This document shows positions 18,349 through 27,998 of a DNA stretch of 64,000 bases, in pieces. Origin of the DNA: Minisyncoccota bacterium. Its GTDB lineage: Bacteria; Patescibacteriota; Minisyncoccia; Phycocordibacterales; PALSA-1337. A program made the translations under genes and the position numbers. Under the pieces are notes generated by a model that had not been told where the DNA came from, did no database searches, and saw nothing but the letters and a program-made list of their open reading frames with translations. Each line of letters starts with the position of its first letter. The stretch's first letter is position 1. The stretch covers positions 9,320 through 73,319 of the forward strand of contig JBAZBL010000002.1 in assembly GCA_041671485.1 (NCBI GenBank), written 5' to 3'.

Positions 18349-19539
18349 TTATTTAACCCTAGACCTCCTCAAAAATGCAGGTATTGCTCCCCAATCATCG
18401 TCATCTTTCGTTTCTTTCTTTGGATCTGTCTTGATAGAAGTATCAGTTGAATCTGTCTTTTTTGATTCAGATATAGAGTTGAATATTTTGCCACGCTCTT
18501 TTTCTTTTCCTTGCGTAAGTGAAGAGATAGATGGATCGGTATCGGTAATGTTCTTTGTTTGTGCCTTTATAGTTGATAAGGCATTTTCAGGAAAACCAGT
18601 TGCAATGACTGTAATCTTGATCTCATTTTTCTTTAACTTATCATCACGAACTGTTCCAAATATGATCTTTGCTTCAGGATCAATAGATTCTGTGATCACT
18701 TTGGCTGCATCTTGGATTTCGAACATTGTTAGATCTTCGCCACCTGCGATAGAGAAGAGAACACCTTTTGCTCCTGCTATAGATACATCTAATAATGGGG
18801 AATTGATGGCTTGCTTGGCTGCTTCTATGGCTCTATTTTCACCAGAAGCAGAGCCAATGCCCATGAGAGCAGAGCCGGCATTTTCCATTACTGTTCTTAT
18901 GTCTGCAAAGTCTATATTTATGAGCCCAGGAGTTGTAATAAGATCTGATATACCTTCGACTGCTTGGCGCAATATTTCATCACACATACCAAAAGCATTT
19001 CTGACCGTTGTTGCTTTGTCTACTACTGTAAGTAGTTTGTCATTTGGTATTACAATGATTGCATCAACTTCTTTTCTCAAATCATCCAATGATGCATCTG
19101 CAATGCGTGATCTCTGTCTACCCTCAAAATAAAATGGTTTTGTTACTACTGCTACAGTGAGGCAACCAAGTTCTTTGGCAGTACGTGCTATGAGCGGACT
19201 AGCACCACTCCCTGTGCCACCACCTAGGCCACATGTTACAAAGACCATATCTGCACCCTTTACTACTTCTTGGATTTCATCTTTTGTTTCTTCTACTGCT
19301 CTTTTGCCTAGATCAGCATTCATGCCTGTACCCAATCCACGGGTTAGATTCTTGCCTATATGGATACGCTTCTTTGTTAGGGATCGATGCAAATCTTGTG
19401 AATCTGTATTGACAGCAATAAAATCGACTCCTTTGACTTTGCAATTAATCATATGATTTACTGCATTACCACCGGATCCTCCTATACCCAATACTTTGAT
19501 TCTTGCAAATGCTTCGATTTCTGGTGTTATATTTGGCAT
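18349..19539 (-). CDS. ftsZ: Cell division GTPase FtsZ
   Basis: Tubulin signature GLGGGTGSGASP, T7 loop, and an acidic C-terminal tail. Confidence 0.9.
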   Translation of the reverse strand: MPNITPEIEAFARIKVLGIGGSGGNAVNHMINCKVKGVDFIAVNTDSQDLHRSLTKKRIHIGKNLTRGLGTGMNADLGKRAVEETKDEIQEVVKGADMVFVTCGLGGGTGSGASPLIARTAKELGCLTVAVVTKPFYFEGRQRSRIADASLDDLRKEVDAIIVIPNDKLLTVVDKATTVRNAFGMCDEILRQAVEGISDLITTPGLINIDFADIRTVMENAGSALMGIGSASGENRAIEAAKQAINSPLLDVSIAGAKGVLFSIAGGEDLTMFEIQDAAKVITESIDPEAKIIFGTVRDDKLKKNEIKITVIATGFPENALSTIKAQTKNITDTDPSISSLTQGKEKERGKIFNSISESKKTDSTDTSIKTDPKKETKDDDDWGAIPAFLRRSRVK

Positions 19540-19640
19540 AAATGGAAATTGTATTTATAAGTCCAATACTATCATATGATTTTTTTGACGCAAGAAGTGC
19601 GCCCGAGGTCTACTCCGTGCAACTGAAACGAGGCTTCGAA

Positions 19641-20828
19641 TTATGGTAAAAACTGTTTTGTCCAGTCGGATATCTTTTTCCAAGTCCTTTTCAGAAGTGA
19701 ATTGAAAGTTGTCTCCAAACTGTTTGTATCTTGATCTGTATGAAGTCCCCAAATACAGAGTCCATATGCAACAGCCCAAGTTGCATCCTTGAATGAAGAC
19801 TTGCCATCGATCAGTCCCAAAGTACCAATGCGTGAAGGTAGTTTGAGAGCAGCACGAGCCATAGTATCGATAGAGTTGAGTGCCGATCCACCACCAGTAA
19901 TTATGATACCAGCAGGTAGAAGACCGTTTCTGCCAATTTTCTTCAAATGAACTTCGATGAGTTCAAATATGTCAGACAGACGAGCTCCAACAATCTCTTC
20001 GAGTTTCTTTCTCGGGAAAGTGCTTCCCGTGATTGCACCAATCTTGATTTGCTCGGCTTCTTCGAGTGGTACTTTGAGACCGAGAGCAATATCATTTGTA
20101 ATATCTGTTGAACCGATAGGGAATACTTCTAGAGATGTTGGTATATTGTTTTCGAATACTGCTATAGATACTGTTTCTGCACCAATATTTGCAAGAACAC
20201 AGCCAGCAATCTTTTGAGTTTTTGATAATGTTACAAATCCTGCTGCAACTGGTGCTGCCATAATATCTTCTACTTCTATACCAGCTTCGTTCACTGCTTG
20301 GATCAGATCAGAAAAATGATGATCGAGACAAGTTATAAATAGCATTTTGAGCTCGAGTTTATTACCTTTCATACCTTCTGGTTTGCCCAAGACTGGGTTG
20401 CCATCTATCTTATAGAGAAGTGGTATTGCATATATTATCCTTCTATTTGCAATGAGGGCATGAGGAATGTCTTTTTCGCATTGACTCTGCAATCTTTGTA
20501 TATCCAATGATGTTATCTCTGCATCAGCCCTAGAAGTAACTATAAAACTCGAAAGAGATGTGCTAGATAAACCTATGCCACCTATGCCTATAAAAGCTCT
20601 TCGAATCTTTTGATTTGCCTTTTCTTCTGCAATAGATATTGCTTTCTTGATACTATATACAACATCTTCGACATTGGTTACATAGCCATGTCGTAGACCA
20701 CGAGTCTCGGCCATACCAGTCCCAAGGATCTTTGGGAATCCCTTTTCATTTTTTTCTCGGGTATCAGTTATGACAACTTTCGTTTGATAAGTTCCTATAT
20801 CTATTCCTGTAATGATATTGCGCGACAT
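19641..20828 (-). CDS. ftsA: Cell division protein FtsA (actin-like ATPase)
   Basis: N-terminal IITGIDIGTYQTKVV and an actin-fold ATPase. Immediately upstream of ftsZ. Confidence 0.85.
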   Translation of the reverse strand: MSRNIITGIDIGTYQTKVVITDTREKNEKGFPKILGTGMAETRGLRHGYVTNVEDVVYSIKKAISIAEEKANQKIRRAFIGIGGIGLSSTSLSSFIVTSRADAEITSLDIQRLQSQCEKDIPHALIANRRIIYAIPLLYKIDGNPVLGKPEGMKGNKLELKMLFITCLDHHFSDLIQAVNEAGIEVEDIMAAPVAAGFVTLSKTQKIAGCVLANIGAETVSIAVFENNIPTSLEVFPIGSTDITNDIALGLKVPLEEAEQIKIGAITGSTFPRKKLEEIVGARLSDIFELIEVHLKKIGRNGLLPAGIIITGGGSALNSIDTMARAALKLPSRIGTLGLIDGKSSFKDATWAVAYGLCIWGLHTDQDTNSLETTFNSLLKRTWKKISDWTKQFLP

Positions 20829-21184
20829 ATTTTCTTTTCGAATACATCCATTCTACTGCCATGATCATATCCTTTCAAGTGAGCACAACCGTGGATAAAT
20901 AGATATACAAAAAAATTATTGTAACTTCGTCCAAATTGTTTTGCCTGTTTCCTAGATTCACTCGTGCATATATATATCTCACCTTGACTTTTGGAGAGTG
21001 GAAAACTCAATATATCTGTTGGCTTATCTTTGCCACGATATATCTTGTTTAGGAGCTTGATCCTGGAAGGTGTGGTTACAATCAGATTGAGATCGTATGA
21101 TTTTCCGAGGACGAGATTTCTAATAACATCAAAATCAACCTTAGGCATGGTTGATTTAGTTTCATTTATTATTGTTATAGACAT
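20801..21184 (-). CDS. ybeY: Endoribonuclease YbeY (rRNA maturation)
   Basis: HGCAHLKGYDHG matches the H-x3-H-L-x-G-x2-H zinc motif. Confidence 0.7.
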   Translation of the reverse strand: MSITIINETKSTMPKVDFDVIRNLVLGKSYDLNLIVTTPSRIKLLNKIYRGKDKPTDILSFPLSKSQGEIYICTSESRKQAKQFGRSYNNFFVYLFIHGCAHLKGYDHGSRMDVFEKKICRAISLQE

Positions 21185-21423
21185 TATCTCCTTTTGACTT
21201 TTATAGGGGCTTTGCCTTGCTTAATGAGTTCCGCTAGATTTGCTCTTTTTATGATCTTTTTTAGTGTACATTGTTTGATTTTGTAATGTGATTGGGTACG
21301 ACTACTATATCGGAGTGATCTCATACGAGGTATTACACCAGCACTTTGAACTTTCCTAGAAAAGCGTCGCAGTATGCCTAGATTGTTTTCGTTTGGATTC
21401 TTATTTATTTGTACGTTTAGCAT
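21184..21423 (-). CDS. rpsU: 30S ribosomal protein S21
   Basis: ILRRFSRKVQSAG plus a basic C-terminus. Start taken at an internal Met (MLNVQINK) of the 91-aa ORF. Confidence 0.55.
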   Translation of the reverse strand: MLNVQINKNPNENNLGILRRFSRKVQSAGVIPRMRSLRYSSRTQSHYKIKQCTLKKIIKRANLAELIKQGKAPIKVKRR

Positions 21424-21459
21424 GAAGAAAATATTAACACAAACATTATATGTATGCAA

Positions 21460-22710
21460 TTATTGTTTTGACCAGAATTTTGTCTCTATCTTTTTCATAT
21501 ATTTTGCCAATTCATCTAAGGAAACAGTCTCTTGGGAACGAGTATCTGTATCTCTTACAATTGCAGTGTGTTCTACGGCTTCTTTCTTGCCAATAACTAT
21601 AGTATATGGAGTATGATATCTTTCGATAGATGAAACTTGTGCTCCAAGACGGTCTTTTGCGAGTGATACATATAAAGGTACTTTTATTTGACGTAATCTC
21701 TCTATAATATCTAGGCATAAAAGTTTCGATTCGACACCGAGCTGAACAAATGAAGCTATTGGTCTTTTGATCTTTTTGACTATTTTTCTATTGTCAATAT
21801 TATTTGGTTTTACAACTATCGAAATACCTACACCAATAATATCTCTTTTCATACCTAGACGTTTCGCAAGACCACTATATCGCATACCTACTGCAAGTAT
21901 CTTTTGATCTTTTTTTGATTGGTTACGGTTGTTGTTTACAATAGAAAAGATTGTTTCGGTTGCATATTTACGATTTGCAATAAGAGAATTGTTGATAGTG
22001 TATGAAATATTTAGAGCTTCAAAGTATTCTAGAAGTTCTTCTAGATGTTGACGGCTATCCTCTGTCAAGAAATCAAGTGACTTTGGTGCCTGTTCATTTA
22101 GTGCTCTGCATGATTCATTGTTTGATGAGAGCAATTCGAAAGGATCTTTCTTGAATAATTGTCTACATTCTGGAGACATATTGTTTATATTTTTGCGATA
22201 GTATGCGGTGAGTTCTCGAGTAAATTTTGCAATTGAATCACGGTCTCCTGTACTATTTATCTCTACGACCGTATCTTTGTATCCTTCTTCGGAAAGTATA
22301 AGTCTAGCAACGTGGATAAGTGTTGCCTCGGCTATGCTACCAGAGGGACCCAATATTTCTAGATCTGCATAACGATGATATGCACTTTTTTTGCTTCCTC
22401 GAGAAGGATCTTTGAAATAGAGCATCACTGGTTGCAATAAAGTGTGCATATTTTGTTCATTGTATGTACGCAGTAATGCAGCTTTTTCTTCTACATGGAG
22501 TGGCAGTCGGCCGTGATATTCTGTTTCATCATCAATAGAATCATTTTCCAAAATGTCTTTTGTATAGTCCATATCAGTTTTTGTTATGGATACACTTTTT
22601 GTCGGTGTAAAACCATAATAAACAGCGATCTCTCCGATCTTGTCTAGGTTATCGCAAGCTATGAATTTTGTTTCTTTCTTTTTGTTCATAGATTTATTTG
22701 TCCTGGCCAT
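21460..22710 (-). CDS. hisS: Histidyl-tRNA synthetase-like class IIa aaRS
   Basis: Class IIa C-terminal anticodon-binding domain (YTIVIGKKEAVEHTAIVRD). VGMRYSGL resembles the HisRS GGRYDGL motif. Size 416 aa. Assignment to His is moderate. Confidence 0.55.
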   Translation of the reverse strand: MARTNKSMNKKKETKFIACDNLDKIGEIAVYYGFTPTKSVSITKTDMDYTKDILENDSIDDETEYHGRLPLHVEEKAALLRTYNEQNMHTLLQPVMLYFKDPSRGSKKSAYHRYADLEILGPSGSIAEATLIHVARLILSEEGYKDTVVEINSTGDRDSIAKFTRELTAYYRKNINNMSPECRQLFKKDPFELLSSNNESCRALNEQAPKSLDFLTEDSRQHLEELLEYFEALNISYTINNSLIANRKYATETIFSIVNNNRNQSKKDQKILAVGMRYSGLAKRLGMKRDIIGVGISIVVKPNNIDNRKIVKKIKRPIASFVQLGVESKLLCLDIIERLRQIKVPLYVSLAKDRLGAQVSSIERYHTPYTIVIGKKEAVEHTAIVRDTDTRSQETVSLDELAKYMKKIETKFWSKQ

Positions 22711-23309
22711 AAGGATATATTCGAAAATGGAAATAGTCGAAGTATTGGTCTACCTACAATGAGATTTTGGTCTAAGAGACCCCAAGCACGAGAATCGGAA
22801 CTTTGTATACGATTGTCTCCCATTACAAAATATTGTTCTGATCCGAGTTGTATAGTACTTGTGTCGTGTGATAATCGTGATTCGGAAATGAAAGATTCAT
22901 CTAGTACAAAACCATCTTTATTTTCTTCATTTATGATTGTGATTTTTCCATCCTGAATTTTTACAGTTTCATTGGGAAGGCCGATAATACGCTTGATATA
23001 ATATACTTTTTGATTGAAAGGATATTTAAAGACTATTACATCATCTCTTTGTGGTTCTTGAAATCTATATGATAGGCGATCTATTATGAGGAAATTTCCT
23101 GAATCAAATGTTGGGTCCATAGAAGCGCCATTTACGATGAATGGTTCGGCTATGAAGAATCTTATGGGTAGAGCAATCAAAAGAGCTATAATGATCGTTT
23201 TGGCCCATTCACGAGCAGAATTTCGCCAATTTAGGTCTTTTTTCTCTTCAATCTCTGGATTCATTTTACTATTGTAATACACTTTTCGGGTATTTGCAAA
23301 TTGATACAT
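22686..23309 (-). CDS. lepB: Signal peptidase I
   Basis: Box B GASMDPTF and VMGDNRIQSSDSR motifs. N-terminal TM helix. Confidence 0.8.
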   Translation of the reverse strand: MYQFANTRKVYYNSKMNPEIEEKKDLNWRNSAREWAKTIIIALLIALPIRFFIAEPFIVNGASMDPTFDSGNFLIIDRLSYRFQEPQRDDVIVFKYPFNQKVYYIKRIIGLPNETVKIQDGKITIINEENKDGFVLDESFISESRLSHDTSTIQLGSEQYFVMGDNRIQSSDSRAWGLLDQNLIVGRPILRLFPFSNISLWPGQINL

Positions 23310-23350
23310 ATTTCCATGAATGAGTTGATTTTATGTCAGTTTTCATTTAA

Positions 23351-23447
23351 TCTGGCTACAGAGTCGATTTAATCGGCAAAGCCAAAAGCACGGCTTAGTG
23401 TGCTCATTTGAACGTTGAAATAGACATATAAACTGGAGGATTTTCTC
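23351..23447 (+). promoter_or_regulatory. Conserved ~90-nt leader, copy 1 (upstream of pyrD)
   Basis: Shares agagtcgaYttaatcgRcaaag...tgaacRttgaaa with 25519-25598. Hairpin agcac/gtgct here; swapped arms in copy 2. Confidence 0.45.
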
Positions 23448-24347
23448 ATGATTACTCTCTCAAACGGCCATGCTTTCAAATACATGGTCGCTAGTGGTGC
23501 TCTAGCATTTGATGGCAAAGGCTGGTTTTGGGAACGACCACTGGTGTGGCTTGGTCTTATCAAGCCCGAACTTTTCACTGTCGTCATAAAATCTCTAACA
23601 CGTAACCCGCGTGCCGGAAATCTACGCTGGTGGAAACCATGGAATTGTGTTCGTCTGATTCCTGGTGGTTCGGTCAACAAAGTTGGTCTTACCAATCCTG
23701 GAATCGAATGGTGGTGCCGAGGAGTCGGTCCCAAACTCGATTTTAAGAAGTTCCCTACAGCCGGATCAATTTTCGGTGATGAAAAGGAACTGGTGGAAAT
23801 GGCGGAGATGCTCAATCGCTTCAGTCTCGTCGCGCTTGAAGTCAATGTCTCATGCCCGAATACCGGCCATGCAATCGAGCAGGCAGAGATGGTGGTAAAC
23901 AGCATGAAGGCGGTCAAACATGTTTCGTGTCATCCTGTCATCGTCAAAGTCTCGGCTGATCAAGACTATCTGATCATTGCACGCGAACTTGTTGGAGTCG
24001 CAGAAGCGGTCTCTCTCAACAGCGTGCCGTGGAAAACAGTCTTCACCAATGGCGAGCAAACGCCTTTGGCTAAGCTCGAGAAACAAGTCGGTGGTGGAGG
24101 CGGAGGCGTCTCTGGCAAACCAGCACAGAAACACAACTGGGCGGCAGTCGAGAGCTTATCCAAACAAGGATCGCTCCCCATGATCGGTCCAAGCGTCATG
24201 GAATTCGAAGACATGAAAAAGCTCAGGAGACTCGGCGCAAAAGCAATCAGCTTCGGTGCGATTCATCTTCCAACAAAAGGGAAACCATGGACCCTATTTA
24301 CAAATCCATGCAAGCCAACATTGTTCATCGAAAAGGAAAACATGTGA
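23448..24347 (+). CDS. pyrD: Dihydroorotate dehydrogenase (class 1-like)
   Basis: ASGAL.FDG.G N-terminus, NPGIE, EVNVSCPNT active-site region. About 300 aa. GC much higher than the genome. Confidence 0.7.
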   Translation: MITLSNGHAFKYMVASGALAFDGKGWFWERPLVWLGLIKPELFTVVIKSLTRNPRAGNLRWWKPWNCVRLIPGGSVNKVGLTNPGIEWWCRGVGPKLDFKKFPTAGSIFGDEKELVEMAEMLNRFSLVALEVNVSCPNTGHAIEQAEMVVNSMKAVKHVSCHPVIVKVSADQDYLIIARELVGVAEAVSLNSVPWKTVFTNGEQTPLAKLEKQVGGGGGGVSGKPAQKHNWAAVESLSKQGSLPMIGPSVMEFEDMKKLRRLGAKAISFGAIHLPTKGKPWTLFTNPCKPTLFIEKENM

Positions 24348-25426
24348 AAGAAAACTCTGTAACTATCCCTCGATGGTTTGACCGCCATCTCCATATTCGC
24401 GATGGCGACATGCTCAAAATCGTTCTTCCGTTCACGCTCAAACAGCGTGCGACAGGAGCTATCATCATGCCTAACCTTACTGATCCGATCTCGGATATCG
24501 AAAAGGCGAGGGCCTATCGCAATCGGATAGAACACTTCCTTAGAAGGATTCTACCGTTAGGTTGTGGCTTCATTCCGTGCATGACGCTGTATTTGACGGA
24601 TCACACTGATCCTGAAGAAGTTGTGCGCGGATTCGAAGAAGGTGTTTGGAGGGCGGTGAAGCTCTACATGGCCAATCAAAAAGGCCAAGGCGGAACTACC
24701 GGTTCTGCGCACGGCGTGAAGAATCTTTTCGGTCGCTATCCGGTGTTCAAGGCAATGGAGAAACACAAAATCCCGTTGCTCGGACACTTCGAAGCAGTCG
24801 AAGAAGATGTTGACGAATTCGATCGAGAGATCGTCTCCGTCGAGCGTGACCTCATGCCCATCCTCAAGTCCTTCCCAGGACTGCCGGTGGTCTTCGAGCA
24901 TATCACGGACGGACGCGCGGCCGACTTCGTCGCAGAAGTCGATCACGACATCCATGCGACCGTGACTGCCCATCATCTGATGATCAATCGCAATGCCATG
25001 TTCTGGGGCGGTATGAATCCTGGCCACTACTGCAAGCCTGTGCCGAAGCGCGAAACGCATCGTGCAAAGGTCCGGCAGTATGTGACTTCGGGTAATCGTC
25101 GCTTCGGGGCGGGAACTGATTCCGCTCCTCACGATGAAAGTGTTAAGTCTCGTTGCTATGGTTGCGCGGCTGGCATCTTCACTGCTCTATCGGCCGTCGA
25201 GCTCTACACGATGACCTTCGACGAAGACGATGCACTCGAACATCTCGGTCCATTCCTTTCCGAAAACTTCCTCGACATCTATGGTATGGAAGTGAGTTCG
25301 AATACGATGACGATCGAACGGCAAGGTTGGCATCTTCCGGAAAGTGTTTCGAGTCAGCTTATCGGCACACCGACCGTCAAAGTTTTCAAAGGAGGTGCAG
25401 ATCTTCCGTGGAAACTCGTTGGTTGA
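24308..25426 (+). CDS. pyrC: Dihydroorotase, E. coli PyrC-type (class II)
   Basis: Near-colinear similarity to E. coli PyrC (DRHLHIRDGDMLK, IIMPNL, LYLTD, VVFEHIT, GTDSAPH, CAAG). Confidence 0.85.
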   Translation: MQANIVHRKGKHVKENSVTIPRWFDRHLHIRDGDMLKIVLPFTLKQRATGAIIMPNLTDPISDIEKARAYRNRIEHFLRRILPLGCGFIPCMTLYLTDHTDPEEVVRGFEEGVWRAVKLYMANQKGQGGTTGSAHGVKNLFGRYPVFKAMEKHKIPLLGHFEAVEEDVDEFDREIVSVERDLMPILKSFPGLPVVFEHITDGRAADFVAEVDHDIHATVTAHHLMINRNAMFWGGMNPGHYCKPVPKRETHRAKVRQYVTSGNRRFGAGTDSAPHDESVKSRCYGCAAGIFTALSAVELYTMTFDEDDALEHLGPFLSENFLDIYGMEVSSNTMTIERQGWHLPESVSSQLIGTPTVKVFKGGADLPWKLVG

Positions 25427-25449
25427 AATCAAAAACAAGAACCTTAACC

Positions 25450-25485
25450 CAGCCCTGACATTAATTTGTCAGGGCTGATTTTTTG
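25450..25485 (+). terminator. Rho-independent terminator
   Basis: cagccctgaca-ttaatt-tgtcagggctg followed by TTTTTT. Confidence 0.6.
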
Positions 25486-25518
25486 TGTGCTTTACATTTT
25501 AATAAAATTATAGTAATG

Positions 25519-25598
25519 TTCCGCTTAGAGTCGACTTAATCGACAAAGGCTAAAGTGCTGCCTTAAAGCATACAACTGAACATTGAAAGGAAAATACC
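25519..25598 (+). promoter_or_regulatory. Conserved leader, copy 2 (upstream of putative pyrE)
   Basis: See 23351-23447. Confidence 0.45.
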
Positions 25599-26315
25599 AT
25601 GAAGCCAATCATTCCATTGCCAGGGGAAGATCTCCTGGAACTTGGGAAGCGTTGCAACGCAGTCTATGTCTGTCCGAAAGTCGGCTCTGAACGCAAGGGA
25701 CCTCTGGTCGCCTACGCAGGAAAGGATAAATACGGGAGGAATCTCGTCGGAGACATTTACTTCAACTTCCGGCGGATCGAGGTTCACCCAAAAGTGGTCG
25801 AGGCATTCGCCGAAGCCGCATGCCAGAAACTCCGCGATCAAGGTCTCATCGATGTGTTTGATACTGTCTGCGGAATTCCGCAAGGCGGTCGGACGTTCGG
25901 TCAGATGCTTGCGCTCGTCGCTGGTAAGCGGTTCGCATATGCGGACAAGAAGCCGAAACCGACGGAGGCGGGCAAGAAACAGGAATACACCTGGGACCTC
26001 TCGCAGTTCGATTTCGAGCAAGGCGAACGCGTTGCGGTTGCGGAAGATGTTTTTAACAACTTCCAGAATACCGACAATACTCTCGCAGAAATCGCCGTCA
26101 CTGGTGCGAACATCGTGCTTCTCGTCGGGGCGCTTAACCGCTCTCCGATCTACAGCACGTCCTACAAGGGTCTGCCGGTAATTGCTTCCATTCGTGAAGC
26201 GTATCCGGAATTCGAACAGGATGATCCTGCGGTTGCGAACGATATCGCTGCCGGCAAGCTCGAACTCGAAGTGAAAAAGAACTGGGCACGTCTCTGCGCA
26301 GCAATGCAACAGTAA
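25599..26315 (+). CDS. pyrE: Type I phosphoribosyltransferase, probable orotate phosphoribosyltransferase
   Basis: PRTase-fold motifs (VCGIPQGGRTFG; VAVAEDVFNNFQNT matching the PRPP-binding acidic patch). Sits between pyrC and pyrF. Product assignment rests on context. Confidence 0.45.
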   Translation: MKPIIPLPGEDLLELGKRCNAVYVCPKVGSERKGPLVAYAGKDKYGRNLVGDIYFNFRRIEVHPKVVEAFAEAACQKLRDQGLIDVFDTVCGIPQGGRTFGQMLALVAGKRFAYADKKPKPTEAGKKQEYTWDLSQFDFEQGERVAVAEDVFNNFQNTDNTLAEIAVTGANIVLLVGALNRSPIYSTSYKGLPVIASIREAYPEFEQDDPAVANDIAAGKLELEVKKNWARLCAAMQQ

Positions 26316-26345
26316 CTCTCAAACAAAACGAAAGGAAAACAGAAC

Positions 26346-27086
26346 ATGCAAAAGACACTGACACCGGAGGAACGATTGATCGTTGCCGCCGACTTCAAGC
26401 CAACGGCTCCCAACGGAAAGGACTGGGTGAAAGCCCGAGTTCTCGCACTGGCCGACAGCCTCAAAGGGACCGGAGTCTACCTCAAGGTGAACTCCGCCCT
26501 TCGAGCTTGCGGCTACAATCTGATCGGCGAAATCCAGTCGCGCGGTTTGCGGGTCTTCGCGGACCTCAAACTCTTCGACATCAGCGAGACTCTGTCCACA
26601 GACGGCGTCTTGCTGAAGGAAGCGAAACCGGAACTGCTCACCACTGTCTGCGTCGCGGGAGTTACCGCAATGCAGGCTTTGAAAGCCGAACTGCCCGACA
26701 CGGAAGTGCTCGGTGTGACGGTTCTTACGAGCCTCAAGGATGCCGATACGCAAGCGATGTTCACCTGCTCAACTGAGGAAGCCGTCATGCGGTTCGCCCA
26801 AGTCGCGGCAGATGCGAAGATCGATGGACTCATCTCGTCTCCCAAAGAGGCGGAAGTGCTCCGTGCGAAATTCGGCATCGTCTTGTCGCTCAACACACCG
26901 GCTATTCGGCCGACGTGGGCGATCGTTCCTGGCGATGATCAGAATCCCGAGCGGATCATGACTCCCGCAAAGGCCATCAAGGCCGGTGCGGATCGTATCG
27001 TGGTCGGACGTCCGATCGTGAAGGCCGAAAAGCCCTACGACGCGGTCATGCGGACCATCGAGGAAATCGCTTCGGCTATGGTGTAG
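26346..27086 (+). CDS. pyrF: Orotidine-5'-phosphate decarboxylase
   Basis: LIVAAD, DLKLFDI, and IVVGRPI motifs. Confidence 0.8.
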   Translation: MQKTLTPEERLIVAADFKPTAPNGKDWVKARVLALADSLKGTGVYLKVNSALRACGYNLIGEIQSRGLRVFADLKLFDISETLSTDGVLLKEAKPELLTTVCVAGVTAMQALKAELPDTEVLGVTVLTSLKDADTQAMFTCSTEEAVMRFAQVAADAKIDGLISSPKEAEVLRAKFGIVLSLNTPAIRPTWAIVPGDDQNPERIMTPAKAIKAGADRIVVGRPIVKAEKPYDAVMRTIEEIASAMV

Positions 27087-27104
27087 CCAAGTCCTCAGCA
27101 ACAA

Positions 27105-27138
27105 TTAGCTCGTTCACTCCGGTGGCGAGCTAATTTTT
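27105..27138 (+). terminator. Rho-independent terminator after pyrF
   Basis: ttagctcg...cgagctaa stem followed by TTTTT. A second hairpin (aaaacccca-agt-ggggtttt) lies at about 27175-27197. Confidence 0.55.
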
Positions 27139-27363
27139 CATAATTAACTTTTTTAGTGTTTATGATAAATAACAAAAACCCCAAGTGGGGTTTTTGTGCG
27201 TTTCTGTGACATCATATGATACACAGAGTGTTTGCCTGCCATCAACACGCTGTCGATAGAATCATCTTGGTCGCAACTCCAATGACTCGCAGGCTTAACT
27301 ACAAGATAGTATAGACAAAAAATCTTACTTGTCAAGTATTTGTTTTAGACTTATAATCGCATC

Positions 27364-27960
27364 ATGTCATATACAATAGTTGGTCTAGGCAATCCGGGTG
27401 CAGAGTATGAAAATACACGTCACAATACTGGTCGTATTGTTTTGAATGTGATTGCAGATGAATTCTCGAAAAAAGACTTTGAATCAGATAAGAAAATAAA
27501 TGCATTGATAGTAGAAGGGAAGATAGGCAAAGAAAAAGTAGTTTTTGTGGTACCCGATACATTCATGAATAATTCTGGCAAAGCAGTTGGAGTATTGATC
27601 AAAAGCAAAAAGGCAGCAGAAAGACTTGTCGTTATCTATGATGATTTCAATTTACCACTCGGAAGAATCAAAATCTCTTTCAATAGAAGTTCTGGTGGGC
27701 ACAATGGTATAGAATCTATAATCAAAGCAATAAAGACTGAAAGCTTTATCCGTATTCGTATTGGCACTGCTCCAGAGAATGCAAAAGGAGAAGCAAAAGT
27801 ACCACACGGTGATGAGAAAATAGAGAAATTCATTCTTGGATCATTCAAACCAGATGAATTGAAAACATTAAAAAAGGTTGCAAATAAATGTACTGAAGCC
27901 GTAGAGATGATAGTGAGAGAAGGAAGGCAAAAAGCCATGAGCGTTTTTAACGCTATTTAG
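27364..27960 (+). CDS. pth: Peptidyl-tRNA hydrolase
   Basis: N-terminal IVGLGNPGAEYENTRHNTG and GHNG motifs. Confidence 0.85.
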   Translation: MSYTIVGLGNPGAEYENTRHNTGRIVLNVIADEFSKKDFESDKKINALIVEGKIGKEKVVFVVPDTFMNNSGKAVGVLIKSKKAAERLVVIYDDFNLPLGRIKISFNRSSGGHNGIESIIKAIKTESFIRIRIGTAPENAKGEAKVPHGDEKIEKFILGSFKPDELKTLKKVANKCTEAVEMIVREGRQKAMSVFNAI

Positions 27961-27998
27961 TATTTTTTATACCCAAAATATCTGTCTCAAAAATAGAT

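Noticed and set aside
18336-18365. Mini-ORF MMKIEIFII with an AGGAG SD, between two minus-strand genes and overlapping the ftsZ stop
   Set aside because: Nine codons, AT-rich context. Most likely chance; no support for a leader peptide function.
25563-26896. Multiple long antisense/overlapping ORFs (e.g. 25563-26309 minus, 25642-26181 plus, 26513-26896 minus) in the pyr region
   Set aside because: These are artefacts of high GC. The sense frames encode recognisable PyrE and PyrF; the alternative products are Arg/Ser/Pro-rich nonsense.
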